Assembly: GCA_043228905.1 (NCBI GenBank)
Contig: JBHGNT010000007.1
Coordinates: 14,198,001-14,262,000, forward strand
DNA: 64,000 nt
Origin: Azolla caroliniana
Taxonomy: Eukaryota > Plantae > Polypodiophyta
Reading direction: 5' to 3'
Shown piece by piece: positions 47,601-60,839 of the stretch. Position 1 is the stretch's first letter. Every line of letters starts with the position of its first letter. The notes beneath the pieces are model-generated. The model had not been told where the DNA came from. It saw nothing but the letters and a program-made list of their open reading frames with translations, and did not search any database. Both the position numbers and the translations under genes were made by a program.

Positions 47601-50600
47601 TCTATCTCATTGAAAAGAAGAGTGAAGTCTTCGACTGTTTTCGGGACCTTAAAAGCTTCGTAGAAAGGGAAACAGGGAGAAAGATCATGTGCCTGCGGTC
47701 GGATGGCGGAAAAGAATACTTTTTCGGCCAATTCAACAGTTATCTGCAACAAATGGGAATTCGACGCAAATTCAGTTGCAGGTATACGCTACAGCAAAAC
47801 GGCGTAGCCGAAAGGAAAAATCGGTCGGTTGTGGAAGCGGCACGGGCAATGCTGGAAGAAAGGAGCTTGCCCAAGTTCTATTGGGCCGAATCGGTACAAA
47901 CTGCAGTCTACATCCAAAATCGAATCGGAGACAAGATGTCGGCGTATGGGCTGTATTTCGGAAGGAAGCTGAATCTACGACACTTGAGAGTTTTCAGTAG
48001 CATTGCGTATGTGCATGTGCCGAAGGAGAAACGGAGGAAGTTGGACGTGAAAGCCGAGAAGTGTATCTTGGTCGGCTAGTCAGACGAACAAAAGGGTTAT
48101 AAGTGTTATAACCCCTGAACAAAACAAGCTCGCGTGAGCCGCGATGTTGTATTTGACGAGTCCGCGTCCTAGTACTTGCCCCTGACTCTGGACCTCAACT
48201 CCAACTCCGGACCCGAGTTCTGACGATGAGGTCAGTGAGGCTGAAATGACTCCGGATGACCGCGAAATCAAGACCCTGGATGATAGTCCGATTTCATTTC
48301 AACTAAGTGGACCAAATGAGCGACCGGGTCGGTTTGACTAGTCCGAAGAAGAGTCGGCGAGTACTGGAGACTCGGTCGTGCATTCCCCACGCAGGAAGCC
48401 GAGGAAACGGTTTACGCACAAGGAAAAAGGGAAGAAGAAGATGTCGGAGTACGGCACAGATAAGGGCGAGTTGGATCGACATGAATCTGACTCCGAGAAG
48501 AGCGATGACGGGCCTTCGAGAGTGAAGTCCGTGTCAGCCAAGAAAGCCTCAACATCGGCTAATGAGAAATTATGCCGATCTACCCACCAGAAGAACCCTG
48601 TTGTGCAGTTCGGGTACAACGAGGACATGGCGCATCACTATGCGTACATGTCGCGTGTAGCGGAAGTGCGTGAGCCAGAGAGCTACGCAGAAGCGGCAAA
48701 GGACGCAAATTGGCATGCCGCAATGGAGGAAGAAATGCACGCATTGGCAGAGAATGAAACCTCGGACCTGGTTGACGCACCAAAGGGTGTGAAGCCGATC
48801 GGATGTAGGTGGGTGTACAAGGTCAAGTATAACACCGACGGCTCGGTCAACTGATACAAGGCCCGGTTAGTAGCGAAAGGCTATGCACAGCAACACGGCA
48901 TTGACTGTGATGAGACATTTGCATCGGTCGCAAACATGATGCCCATCCGTGTTCTGCTTGCGGTAGCTGCGGCGAAGGGGTGGCATTTACATCAAATGGA
49001 TGTCAAGAATGCGTTCCTGCAAGGCGAGCTTGAGGAACAGGTGTACATTATACAACCCCCCAGATTTCACTACAGAATGAACACCTCGGCAGTCTGCCAG
49101 TTGAAGAAGTCCCTTTACGGACTAAAGCAAGCCCCACGTTCTTGGAACGCGAAAATCACGCAGTGATTGCGTCGGATGGGATTTGCGACATCCAAATCGA
49201 ACTCTTCATTGTTCATTTGGAAAGGTCGCCTCGGGCTGGTTAGTATTTTACTTTATGCTGATTACTTGATCATCACCGGCATTGACCGAGGTGAAACTGA
49301 CCGCGTAAATCTCCAGCTTGCGAGATCATTTGACATGAAGGACCTGGGGGACCTTCATTACTTCCTCGGAATCAAAGTGATATGTACCCCTAAAGGCATA
49401 CTGATCAGCCAACGGCATTACGTGTTGTGTATGCTCTTCAAGTTGGATAGAACCGTCAAGCTTCGCCCCAACTCCGAAAAGGTTTGCAACCCGAAGAGGT
49501 TCTGACAGATTGTCGGAAGCCTCATATACTTGACTATCACTCGACCAGACGTCAGTTACCCAGTCAGTGTGATTAGTCAGTTCATGGCGCGGCCAACCAA
49601 GGAGCACCTTCAATGCACACAACGCGTACTCCGGTACGTCATTGGCACTATATCGGACCAATACTGTCGCGTAGTTAGTCGGCTACACCGTTGCTAATTG
49701 GGCCGGAAACACCAGCGATCGCCGATCCACATCCAAATTCGCGTTCTCTCTTGGGCGCGCCGCAATCGCGTGGAGTAGCAAGATGCAGCTGACAGTTGCA
49801 CTATCAAGCACCGAAGCCGAGTATAGAGGAGCGGTTGTCACCACATGCGAAGCCATCTGGCTAAAACGGCTACTTAAGGATCTGCAGGTGGAGGTGTCTG
49901 ATCCGACGACGATCTACTGTGACAACCTCGACAGCATCCAATTAGCGAAGAACCTTGTCTTCCATGCCCGGACTAAGCACATTGAGGTGCACTACCACTT
50001 TGTCCATGAGCGTGTCCTCCCCAGTGAAGTCGAACTTCAGTATGTTCCGACGGATTGGCAGACCACCGACATTTTCACCAAGCCCCTTGGTCTCGACAAG
50101 TTGCGGCAATTCTCAGGTGCGCTTGGGTTGCGACACCTCGATGTGCCGAACTTGAGGGGGAGAGAAGTCCCAGAAGACCACGGAACGGAGCAAGAAAGGA
50201 GCAGAAGAGACCGTGACGCCGAGTCGAATGATGAATTCGATTTCAGGTCAGCTGAAGAAGCCCAGGGTGGATCCGTGAAAGAGTCCAAAAGCGGGCGTGA
50301 GGGAAGCAGCCAAAAGAAAGAGCCGAAGCCAGCCAAGCATGGGGGAGATGAAGCCAACTTGGACAAGAGCGAAAACCGATCGAAGGAAGCTGATACAGTT
50401 CGGATGTTTGATTCGGAGACGTCGAATCAACCGAGGGCAGCCAAAGAGGTGCCAACATCGTGACAGCAAGGGAGCTGAGAAGGGCTGCACGAGCACACAC
50501 GCCGACCGGAAGGGTTGAGGCGCGCGGAATCGAACAAGACGAGGAGCGCAAGCGAGGCGTGAAGCCAGAAGAAACCGGAGTGGTGATCCGGAAGAACCAA

Positions 50601-50946
50601 AAGAGCCTCAAGTTGAACTTGAGGGGGAGTGTTGAGATTCAAGCTCAACATTGGCCGGATCGGCTATGCAAGCCGAGAACCGGATCGGTTAGGACCGATC
50701 AGTTAGGCCGGACCGGTGTGCAAACTGGTGTGCAACGAGAAGCCGTAGTGGTGCGTAAACCGCAAGGCCGTTGGAAAGATATTCCACGTAGGAATATATT
50801 TTGGGAGTTATTGTAGAGCTCATTTATGAGCCTTGAAGTACGTGTCAGTACTTTTGTCAGTTCGTATGGACTTGTATAAAATTTCTCACTGAGCACATCC
50901 TATGTACAGACTGAGCATTATTATTTTGAAATAGAGTTGTGTGTAT

Positions 50947-51016
<70 letters not shown>

Positions 51017-54000
51017 GCGTATTGTGTGTGTCCAACCTTTCCATTAAACCTTGTTTTTTCCTATGTTCGGTTTTTTGTTGATTCCGCACGTTGTTCTTTT
51101 TCACTCATGAACCGGTTGACTACTCCTACATCATAACCGATGTCCAGCCGGGTACACACCATCGCATACATCAAGCTCCCGACGGTAGAGGCATATGGTA
51201 TCTTCATCATATCCGTCTTCTCTGCCTTTGTCTTCGGGCTTTGCTTTTCGGCCAACTTGCAATTTGCCGGAAGTGTCAATCTGACCGGTTTCATCTCCAA
51301 CATGTTGAACCTTTGAATCACCTTTGTCACGTACTTGTCTTGTGACCCAGTTCTCACCAGGTCTATTCGATCCGGTTTCCGGATCTCTTCCGTTTCTCAC
51401 CGGGTCCATTTCATTCATAACCAGATCTCATCCGGAGGGACCGATTTCCCAACATTAACAACATGCCACCACGATGATGTAATTCTAGTTTTCCCATGGT
51501 ATATACCAACCTTTTCCACAAAATAAGGAATTATTTCTGCCCAAGGTTGGGTACCTATGCACATACCTTTCAACAAATTGAATCTTCGAGCCACAATATG
51601 ATTCTCCAAATTTAGTAATATAACTCCCCCTAACCGTTTTGGAGTACAGATATTGTTCCATGATACCCAACTCATACCTAGTTTTGATTCTTTCTTCCAC
51701 AATGTATATTTTTTATTTTTTGATCAAGTGATTTCTTTGTCCAAGGTAATAATGACAAAAAATAAAAAATCATTGGAATCATTATAGCTTGTACCACTTT
51801 GAGACAAGTACTAAACAGTCATGCTTGAGACTTCCAATACATAAATTTGTCTAAAATGGTCCCCGATATCCAATTCAAACTTTGAGACGTTGAGATATCA
51901 ACACCAATAGGATAACCTAAGTGCCGACACACATTGCCTTGATCCAATATTTGGCCACACCATCCAAGATCAACCAAATCACTCTTAGTGCATTTAATGA
52001 GCATCGACTTTCGCATATTTATATGTAATCCTGACGCCAATGCAAACACTTTCCACACATCCATGGCTTTTGCTATATTATCAGGTACCGCTTTAAGAAA
52101 TAAGAATGAATCATCGGCCAATGCCTGAGCTATCAATTGTTTCCCTAATGGTAGAGCTAGTCCAACTATTTCCCCACATGTTGCCAACTCATGCATCTTC
52201 ACCAAAATCGGGTGTGTAAGCAATTGCAAATAATAATGGACTCAATGGACATCCTTGTCTAAGTGATCTTGCCAATGGTATTGCCATAGTTACTCCAGCA
52301 TTTAACATAATGTCTGACACTACACCTAATCTCACCAACAACGGGATGAGAGACATCCTTTCCCCAAAACCCATATGGGACAAGAGTTGAGTAATAAAAG
52401 GCCAACTTACATGATCATATGCCTTCTCGATATCTAGTTATATAATTACAATTTGTTGTTTGGATTATTTTGCATAATGCATTGCCATTTGCACATTCAA
52501 AATATTATGCAAGTTATCCCTTCCCTTAATAAACCCATATTGCATTGGATGGACCACATACGACAATACCTTTTGAAGTCTATTTGCAATTACTTTGGCA
52601 AAAATCTTATACAACCCACCCATTAATGATATCGGTCTCCATTGACCAAAAGACATAGGAGATCCAACTTTTGGTATACGTTTAACCAGACCAATTTTCC
52701 ATGAATCAGGCATTTTACCAAAACTCCACACTTCTTGAAATAACATTGTTAGAGGTCCTTTGGGTTGTTGTACAAATGCTTTAAAACTTTCATTCGTAAT
52801 GCCATTCCAACCTGAACTTTTATCAACTGAGAGATGTGACAATACACATTCAACCTCCTCCTCCTTTATATCCTCCTCCAAGGCCAACATGACATGTTGC
52901 CCACCAATCGTTGTAACTTAGTTAAAGATCATTGATCTCGCTTGTGTTATGTCATCATTTCGATTACCTTCTTGCCCAAAAAGATTCGTGAAATGCTTAA
53001 CACACTCATCAAAAATCACTTGTGGGTTTGTATTTAAAGTTCCATCAATCTCTATGCATATCACATTCATCCTAGCATGAGATGCATGCAACCCATGGAA
53101 AAACTTATGTGAATGACAGTTGTGATCATGTACTTCATTTTTTATAGCCATCACCCGTGATTGTTGATAACTACAAACTCTAACACTTGTAAAGCGTGTG
53201 ACAATGCTTCTTGAATATCCAACAACACATCATCAAATGGACTTTTCACCAACAATGCATTACATCTGTCTAGAAATTGTTGGATTAAACTCATCTTTTG
53301 TTTACGGATGGATGCTTGATGAATTCCAAATATCATGTAAAGAGTTGAATATTAGAGAGACAAACATCCCATGACGAAAGACCATGAACATTAACTTGTC
53401 TAGTAAACTCTTCCACCAATTGTCCCATAGCATGTTTAAAGTTATTATGTCCAAGAAAAGATGAAGTAAACTGCAATGGTTATTTTCCCAATAATGATCT
53501 AAAATCATCCACAATTTGATGTGTGCATTCCAACACAATCTGGAAATGATCTAAAGATCCAATCCCCCTATACACTTGCATAGTCGGCGTTGGCAAGAAT
53601 GTCTCATCATGCATAATGTAAATTGATCCAATCTACTCCAAGTTTATCTATATTGTGCAGATTGAAATGTATAACCAACATCATGTCCATTGATCCAAGT
53701 CCATGCATCATACCTTAAGACATTCATCATAAACAAATCCCAAACCTCTCGTTCAGGAGCATCCATTAGGCCATGCATCGAAGTATATTGACCCACCTCT
53801 GAACACATATTAAAATCACCTAACAAAAAACCTGCTCTTCCATGACGTAAAACTTGATGTAAACCTCTCCAAAGATGGATATGTTGCCCTGCAACATTTG
53901 GTGCATAAATACCTACCACCCAAATCTTATTCCCTTCATCATTAACTTCAACCACCAAAAACCAACCATTAACATCTCTTTGAACCACTATTGGTTTCAA

Positions 54001-56024
54001 ATTGTCCCTTACAATAAGCATTACGCCTGAATACAACCCCCCAGTGACTCCGACATAAAACACATGATATTGCTTATACTAAAGAGAATACCCAGACTTA
54101 ACATGCTCCTTATGTTCTACTGCACATAATACATCCCATTGACTAATAAAAATAGTTTTCCACATTCCATATCGCTTAGAAGAAGAACTATTCCCCTTAC
54201 ATTCCATGTGACTATTTTCATCACTCACTAATTAGGATATTTGTTGGCTTGTTCACGTTCTTGTTGTGCCAATATCTTGGGTATATCCCTGAAATAATCA
54301 CTTAAGACTGCAAATGCATTTTGCACAGATGGTTGTTTATCGGTGGATATCATTGTACCCTATGAACTATTTCTTTTCCAATTTTGTTTGTCTAATGGTA
54401 AATTGATTTTACCATTCTTATCAAACCTAAGGTTGAAAGGTTTTGTCCCTTGATTAGATTGTTGATATGGTGAACCTTGCCACAGTTTTGACCTTCTTTT
54501 CAATTGATCATAATTAGGTGCATAAGACACCCCCGTAGGATCTTTAGAGGAACTACCCCTCTCTTGGCCATGATGTTCATGAACTTTCTCTTTTTGGTAC
54601 CTTGGATGATTAACTTTAGAGGCCACCTCAATCCAAGACCCATCCTCATCTATTCAATCTTGTCTTCTTTCTTCAATATATTTGTCTTTATGTTCCAAAA
54701 TAGTGACACCTTTACCTTTGTCGACATTTGCCTCCTTAGTTTTCGGCACCTCATTATCATTCGTGACAAACTCTAGAATTAACACATCACCATGGGAAGT
54801 ATTAGTCATCTCTACTACCAGTGTTTGTTGACATTCTGCCATGAAATGGCCCAAACCACCACATCAAAAGCAATGACCAGCAAACTCCCCAATGCAATTG
54901 GCAATAGAATGACCTCATCTCCTCAGTTTTTATGTTTCGCCACAAAGGTCTCTTTTTAGTTGTATTCCATAGCATACATAACTATATATCTATTATATGT
55001 TTTGGCATTTGGGGCTACTATCACCTTTCCCAATTGTTCCATTACACCTTGAATTATAGGCCATAAAAAAGAAAATTTACACTCTACTTCCACCCATATT
55101 GGACACTTGTTTTAAAATTTCTTGAAACTCAGCTAAGAGACAATATAGACTAAATTACTATTATAAAAGACCGGCACACGTGATAATAATCTATCTCCTT
55201 GTTCTTCAATTCGAAACACAACCTCAAAAAAACCTCGTGGGCCTTTATATACATCTTCCACATTGTTCCTACCTACCATTGCATTTAACCATTGCGCCAC
55301 CCAATGTACCAAAGGATTTTTTCCCGTAAAGAAGCAAATAATGCCTCTCTCATGAAACATGGGAAACACCTTTAAATTTTCCCTACACGGCATCTCCACC
55401 TCTACAATCATATCCTCTTCTATGTTGGCCATCATCTCTATATCATCCGGTAAAATCTCATGGAGTGCTTCATTAGCAACTACATGCATAACTTCCCAGT
55501 AATGATCATTCCTCTTCTCCTCACCTTCTCCCATAACATGTGCATAGGATGGTCTTGATATCATATCTATATCCTCATCATGCATATTATTAGTTCCAAT
55601 CTTTTGTTTTTTCACAATAACATCATCTTCTCCTTCTTTGCTTTGGCTCTGTATTTTGTCTTGCATTTATACATGCATCCATCCCTTCCAAAGATTCTAC
55701 GTTCTAATTATAAAGAAAAGGAAAATAATAGGATAATAATTAACCTGGAATCAACAAGATGACATCGGAACTGCTTGTTGAAGAAGAATGTTGCAACAAT
55801 CGCCCAATTTTGTTGATGTAGCCACATTGTCGTTATGTCTTCTTCGTAGTCTATTTATTTTTTTATTTCACTCCTCCTTTTCTTCTTCTTCTTCTTCTAC
55901 TTACATGGTGTAACTGTCACTCTCTCTCTCCCTCTGTCTCTTTTCTTCGTCTCCTTCCTCTCTCTCTCTTCTCTTCCTCCTTTGTTCTTCACGCAGAACA
56001 AAGCCTCCTCTCTTTGGTTTCGTT

Positions 56025-56025
<1 letters not shown>

Positions 56026-56092
<67 letters not shown>
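56026..56092. repeat. (CT)n microsatellite near the 5' end of LINE K
   Basis: Directly visible. Confidence 0.97.
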
Positions 56093-56093
<1 letters not shown>

Positions 56094-56139
56094 ACTACAC
56101 ACACCTTCTGCTACATAGAATCATTCTCGATTCTTTACA
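56093..56139 (+). repeat. Probable distal U5 end of the copia I LTR
   Basis: Short segment after (CT)n ending ...ttctttaca, similar to the ...cttttaca end of the F LTR; inference only. Confidence 0.5.
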
Positions 56140-57573
56140 AACATTACCAATTATTGTATAAATATCACAGAATGTAACAGAAAGAATATATAACTGAGAT
56201 GATTTAATGTGACTTTCCTTATAATATATTATTGCATCACCATTGAGTAAAGCTTTATTTTAATTCTATGCACGTAAGTTTCTTTAATTAAGTGTGGTTT
56301 AAGATATTAGATAGCGAGATATGTTGTTCAATAGTATATGTATATGATCTACATCATTGATCAACCTACATTGTTAGGATAAACTTACGTAATGTGCTTA
56401 TAATATTATCCCAACCTCACAAGACAACATGACATCAAACTAATGTTAAGTCTATGCCCGTGAAGTGGTGACCCAATGAAGCAAATGAGGCACAACGTTA
56501 CCCTATCACCACATTGATAAAAGTAAGTACATATGCCCAAATAAAATTGATTGATAGGTAGATAGATTGATGCGTCAATTTTACTATCATCCTTGGAGGG
56601 CAAATATGACCTACGAGACAAAAGTATAATGTTTTCATGTAATACACTTGATGTTCAAGAACTTTATTATGGTTTTTGGAAAGAAAAATAAAAGAACTTT
56701 ACTACGTTACAATGGTGAGTGCATAGTTAAATAAAAGCAAGGATTGGGTCAAGTTGAAGATGTGTGAAAACCATTGTTAAATAAAAGCGTTGTATAAATG
56801 TGTGCTACCTAGACTCTTGAACTTGTTGGCTAATCTCATCACCTATGCCAAGAAATTCTATCTCACATCGTAAATTGAGCTTGAACTAAACCATATGGAA
56901 ACAATGGTTCTTATGGTCAATAGCGGGATAGGGCTCCGAGTCGTTTCCCCATTCAACGAATAATATATTTTAGTCGTTAGGTGCGACATATACAATATCA
57001 TGTGTGAAATGCGAACCTCCACATTTTTACCCATGTCATGATGCATTGACATTGCAAAAAGGCCTCTTTCATAGAGGAATCTATTGATGCGTGAAGTAGT
57101 TGTGGTGCTTGCAACTTCCAAACACAATTAACTCTCCATATCTTGCATTCAACCAAAACACAAAAATACCTGCTTTATTGTGTCCTTTAGATCCGTTATA
57201 TTTCTTCCCAAGAAATTCTACGAAGGTGATGTGAGGGGCATTTCTGGAATCTTAAAGCAGGCACTCAATAGCCCATTCAATGGCCCTGATCTATCGGCAT
57301 GGGAAGTGGTCGAGTCTCAAGGAGCAGGTGGGTGTGTGGTCTCCGTTCCTCAACATGGAGAGAACGTTGTAAGAGAAGGATTTCCGGCATTTCGAAGGAT
57401 GTCTAAACACTATAGTAAAAAAAGAGTAGGCCAGGCAAGGGCCCAAGCAAACAAAAGTGTCTACATATATATAACATCATGGCAGAAGAGGCCATTTATG
57501 TAAATTGTGAGAACTAGAGCTCCAAGTATTTCAAATGTTTCAGCTGCAGCAGCAGAGCACACCGGCTGCAGCG

Positions 57574-59659
57574 ATGGCGTCGAAAAAACGCGGCGACGCT
57601 TTCCTTCTCTCTCTTCTGCGGGTATGATCTCCATTTCTCTATGTCGTGTGACACGTTGCTTTCTTTCGATTTCTTCTTCTTCTAAGGTAAGGTCCTCTCC
57701 GCCTCTCTCTTTCATTCTGAGTTTTTTTTTGCATGTTTATCGCAGTTGGAACGACGCTTGGCTTCTGAAGAATCTGTTTCCTCCAAGAAGAAATCCAGAT
57801 TAACTGTATCCGATGCGAATATAGGATCATCAGAAGGTAAAATTCCTACTTGCTCATCAGAAGGTGAGGCAAGACCTCAAAGTATTCATGCATGGACACG
57901 TTTTAAGGGCGATGACGTTTCTGTACATTCCATGCACGATCCATCCCAACTTAACAATGCTGCTGAAGCAAGAGCTCAAAGTATTCATGGCAAGAAGCAT
58001 GAAAGCAGTGAATGTCTCAAAAATGATGATGTATATTCCACGGATGATCCAAACCAAAGTAATAAAGTTGCTGAAGCAAGACTTCAAAGTATTCATGTCA
58101 AGGAACATGAGAGCAGTAAACGTTGCAAGGTGGATGATGTAAATTGCATGGATGATCCATGCCAACAGAACCATATTTCATGCATGCAGAACTTTGCTGA
58201 AGTTAAAAAAAAAGAATCAACAGAATTTGAAGAAAGATATCAAAGTATCCCTGTTGAGAAATGCAAGAATTGTAAATGCTTTGAGAAGGATGACATCTAT
58301 TCCATAAAGGATCGATCCCCAAGCAACAATGTTGTGTGCATAAGCAAAGGCTTACCAGAAGATGAAGCAATGTCTCAAAAACTTGATGTGACGGAACATG
58401 AAAGTTGTACACATTTTAAGGATGGTGTAGTATATTCTAGAAGTAATAGTATTGTGTGCATATCAGAACCTGAAACAAGATCTCAGTGTATTCCTGTCAA
58501 GGAGCATGAAAATTATACATGTGGCAAGGACGATGATGTGTATTCTATGGTTGATCCATCCCTAACTAACTATGTTAAGTGTATACAGAAGAGGCTTGGT
58601 GAAGTTAATAAATTTGCGAAGACACAAAATGCGGTTACAATATGTCAAAGTATTCATGTAAAGGAACATGAATGTAGTACATGTCTTAAGGACAATGATA
58701 TGTGCTCGAGGGATAATACATCCCAAGATGACAGTGTTATGTGTGTAAAGAACTGCGGTGAGCGTAAGTTTCACATGAGTTACTGTGCTCAGGAAGTTAA
58801 AACAGATCCCAGAGATGCTGAAATCCATGGTAAAGGTCACGATATGGCAAGCAAAGTTCAAGAATATTATGAACAAATGTGTCAGGTTCCTGCTGTACAA
58901 CCTCGTGATGGTTTTACACTCCCAAGCCATAACGTTCCGGGTGTTCATTCAGTTAGTGTCATTTGTGGTGTACATCAAATGCACACTCTTGTTCCTGTTA
59001 TGTTAAGTGAAGGTGAAGAACAAATTTATGATGCTATATTCTCAAACGATTCAGGAGAAGACAGTAGCAGTTGCTCACAGCTTGTGTTTCCTGGGCAATG
59101 GGATCCTTGGGATATAGGGGGAAATACAGGAGGGTCAGAAAGCGATCCACCATTGGGGTTTTTGCCATCACCTTCAATAAATGTTTTCTCAGATATGGTT
59201 GATGAGACTACTCATGAACTCGTTGGAAAAGACACTATTTCTGATCACCCAGAGTTTCACATGGATGCTTCAGAAGACTTGCATCGTCTGTGTGAATTAC
59301 TTGGTTTGGAAATGGATGCATTCTCTTATAATGATGAATCTAGAAAACATCTCCATGCTAAGCATGATGTTCTAAGACACAATGGTTCAGAATCTTCTTT
59401 GTACTCTAAGATTGATAGAGGAGATGAAAATGATTTCTCAGAATATGCTTCATGTCTAGATTCATGGATACAACAACTATTGAAAGAAGAGATAAATCCT
59501 TTCTGCTGTGCTATTCTTCTCATTGCAAAAGCATCTTTGCACAAGAGAACAGGTGGTATATTGAAAATCCCAAGCATGGTTTGTGAATGTCTGGTAAACA
59601 ATCATCCGAACCACACTAGAGGAAATGATTCTAGTGAGAGGAAAGTGTTGCTTCATTGA
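57574..59659 (+). CDS. Probable host gene: uncharacterised protein with ~7 imperfect His/Cys/Asp repeats; exon 1 57574-57621, exon 2 57746-59659
   Basis: 637-codon stop-free frame in AT-rich DNA with no TE motifs; its TTG 'start' directly follows a polypyrimidine tract and CAG acceptor; phase-0 GT donor at 57622. Confidence 0.7.
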
Positions 59660-59972
59660 AATTGGTTTACTACGTAAACACTAAATCAATCTCATTTGAA
59701 ACCAAGCATTTGGATTTGCAAAATGTATACATATGAGGATCCCTTTATATCTAAGCAAGTTTAATGCAATGGACCTAATTCTCATTCTGTCTAATAGACA
59801 TGATTTCGTGGTAATAGTGTTTTTGTCATCATATTAAATATGCCTTTGGTAGACATTAATAACAAATTGTGTGATGCATAGATGTAACCCCCTTATTAGA
59901 AAGGAGTCACATACAAGATGAGATCTTGATTTGGTCCCAAAGGTCAAATTTGGCCTCGTGGATGATAAAAAA

Positions 59973-59975
<3 letters not shown>

Positions 59976-60028
<53 letters not shown>
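59976..60028. repeat. (CT)n microsatellite
   Basis: Directly visible. Confidence 0.97.
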
Positions 60029-60033
<5 letters not shown>

Positions 60034-60330
60034 AGCTCATATGCATTGCGATGTGAGACAGGGCATTGCCCTAAACAAGTTCGAGAGTTTGGGTTTCACA
60101 CTTTGATACAATGCTCTGCCTTTGATCATATTTGACCATGTTTTCCACATATCTTTGACCAAGCCCAATCCTTGGACAAATTTCTCTCACAATCACAATG
60201 TGTACTCTTGATTGTAACATTCATTGGTAAAGTTCTTGAACATCGAGAGTCGTTACTCACTTTCACACGTATGAAATATAATTTTTTTGGTCTCAAAAAT
60301 CATAGTTGACCTCCGAAGACGATAATATAA
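60029..60330 (+). mobile_element. Short 3' fragment of the RTE/RTEX-like LINE family
   Basis: Homologous to ~33826-34170 (LSSYALRCETG..CPKQVRE..HTLIQCSAFD; same ttgacctccgaaga.gataatataa end). Confidence 0.9.
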
Positions 60331-60839
60331 TTTATTTTATTTTATTTTTTAGTGGTAAGTTGTTATACTATTAGAATTTAGCACTATGTCTTGGGTTCGA
60401 AACGCAATACCTCACCTCTCTCTCTCTTTCTTCGAGCATGAAGCATTATCATTGCTCAAATGTTATTTCTTCAAACCTACTCATATTATCTATCTCTCGA
60501 TTTGCCTTTTTATTGTCAATGGAACAATTCACTACAACATGGTGGTGTGATTATTCTTACATATGGTAAAACTAGAAATTGACACAATCACTTGGAGCAT
60601 TGCATGTTTGAATTTGACATGTGAGGTAAAAAATATGAGTAATGAAAATCAGGTTGTTTTCAAGTTGCTTAACTTCTTACTTATTGCTCAATTTATAGTA
60701 GATACAAAGGTACCCATTTGGGTTGGCTTAGCTATGTGCGTGCTAAAAGGGTGGCACAAAGGAACACATGTACACCACAACATGAAGGCATACACTTGCA
60801 CCAAAGGGACACCATAGTCCCTCCCCAAGTGGCACTATC

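Larger units (their letters stand above)
37298..51103 (+). mobile_element. Full-length degenerate copia H (A/F/G lineage), interrupted by gypsy E; TSD CTCAT
   Basis: LTRs 37298-37734 and 50630-51103; PBS TGGTATCAGAGC 37735-37746; gag 45990-46865, PR 46862-47230, IN 47240-48079, RT/RH 48378-50463; CTCAT at 37293-37297 and 51104-51108. Confidence 0.95.
36093..51454 (-). mobile_element. Internally deleted Tork-like copia L (relative of D); TSD TTAAC
   Basis: 3' LTR 36093-36704; 5' LTR remnant ~51346-51454; RT/RH remnants 36705-37297 and 51104-51345; TTAAC at 36088-36092 and 51455-51459. Confidence 0.92.
34221..56025 (-). mobile_element. Degenerate L1-clade LINE K, interrupted by copia L (36093-51454); 5' end approximate
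   Basis: ORF1 55133-55666 plus CCHC near 54830-54880; ORF2 from 54221 (MKIVTWNVRG, GDFN, QWRPISL, LRQGCPLSPLLF, LADD, SWNNICTPKRLGG); zf-RVT-like 34398-34862 (CFFC...H..ITC); frame continues across L (SSWWHVVN/STHAFKC). Confidence 0.88.

Noticed and set aside
56140-57500. Short ORFs upstream of the host gene
   Set aside because: AT-rich intergenic or promoter-like DNA with no recognisable coding signal
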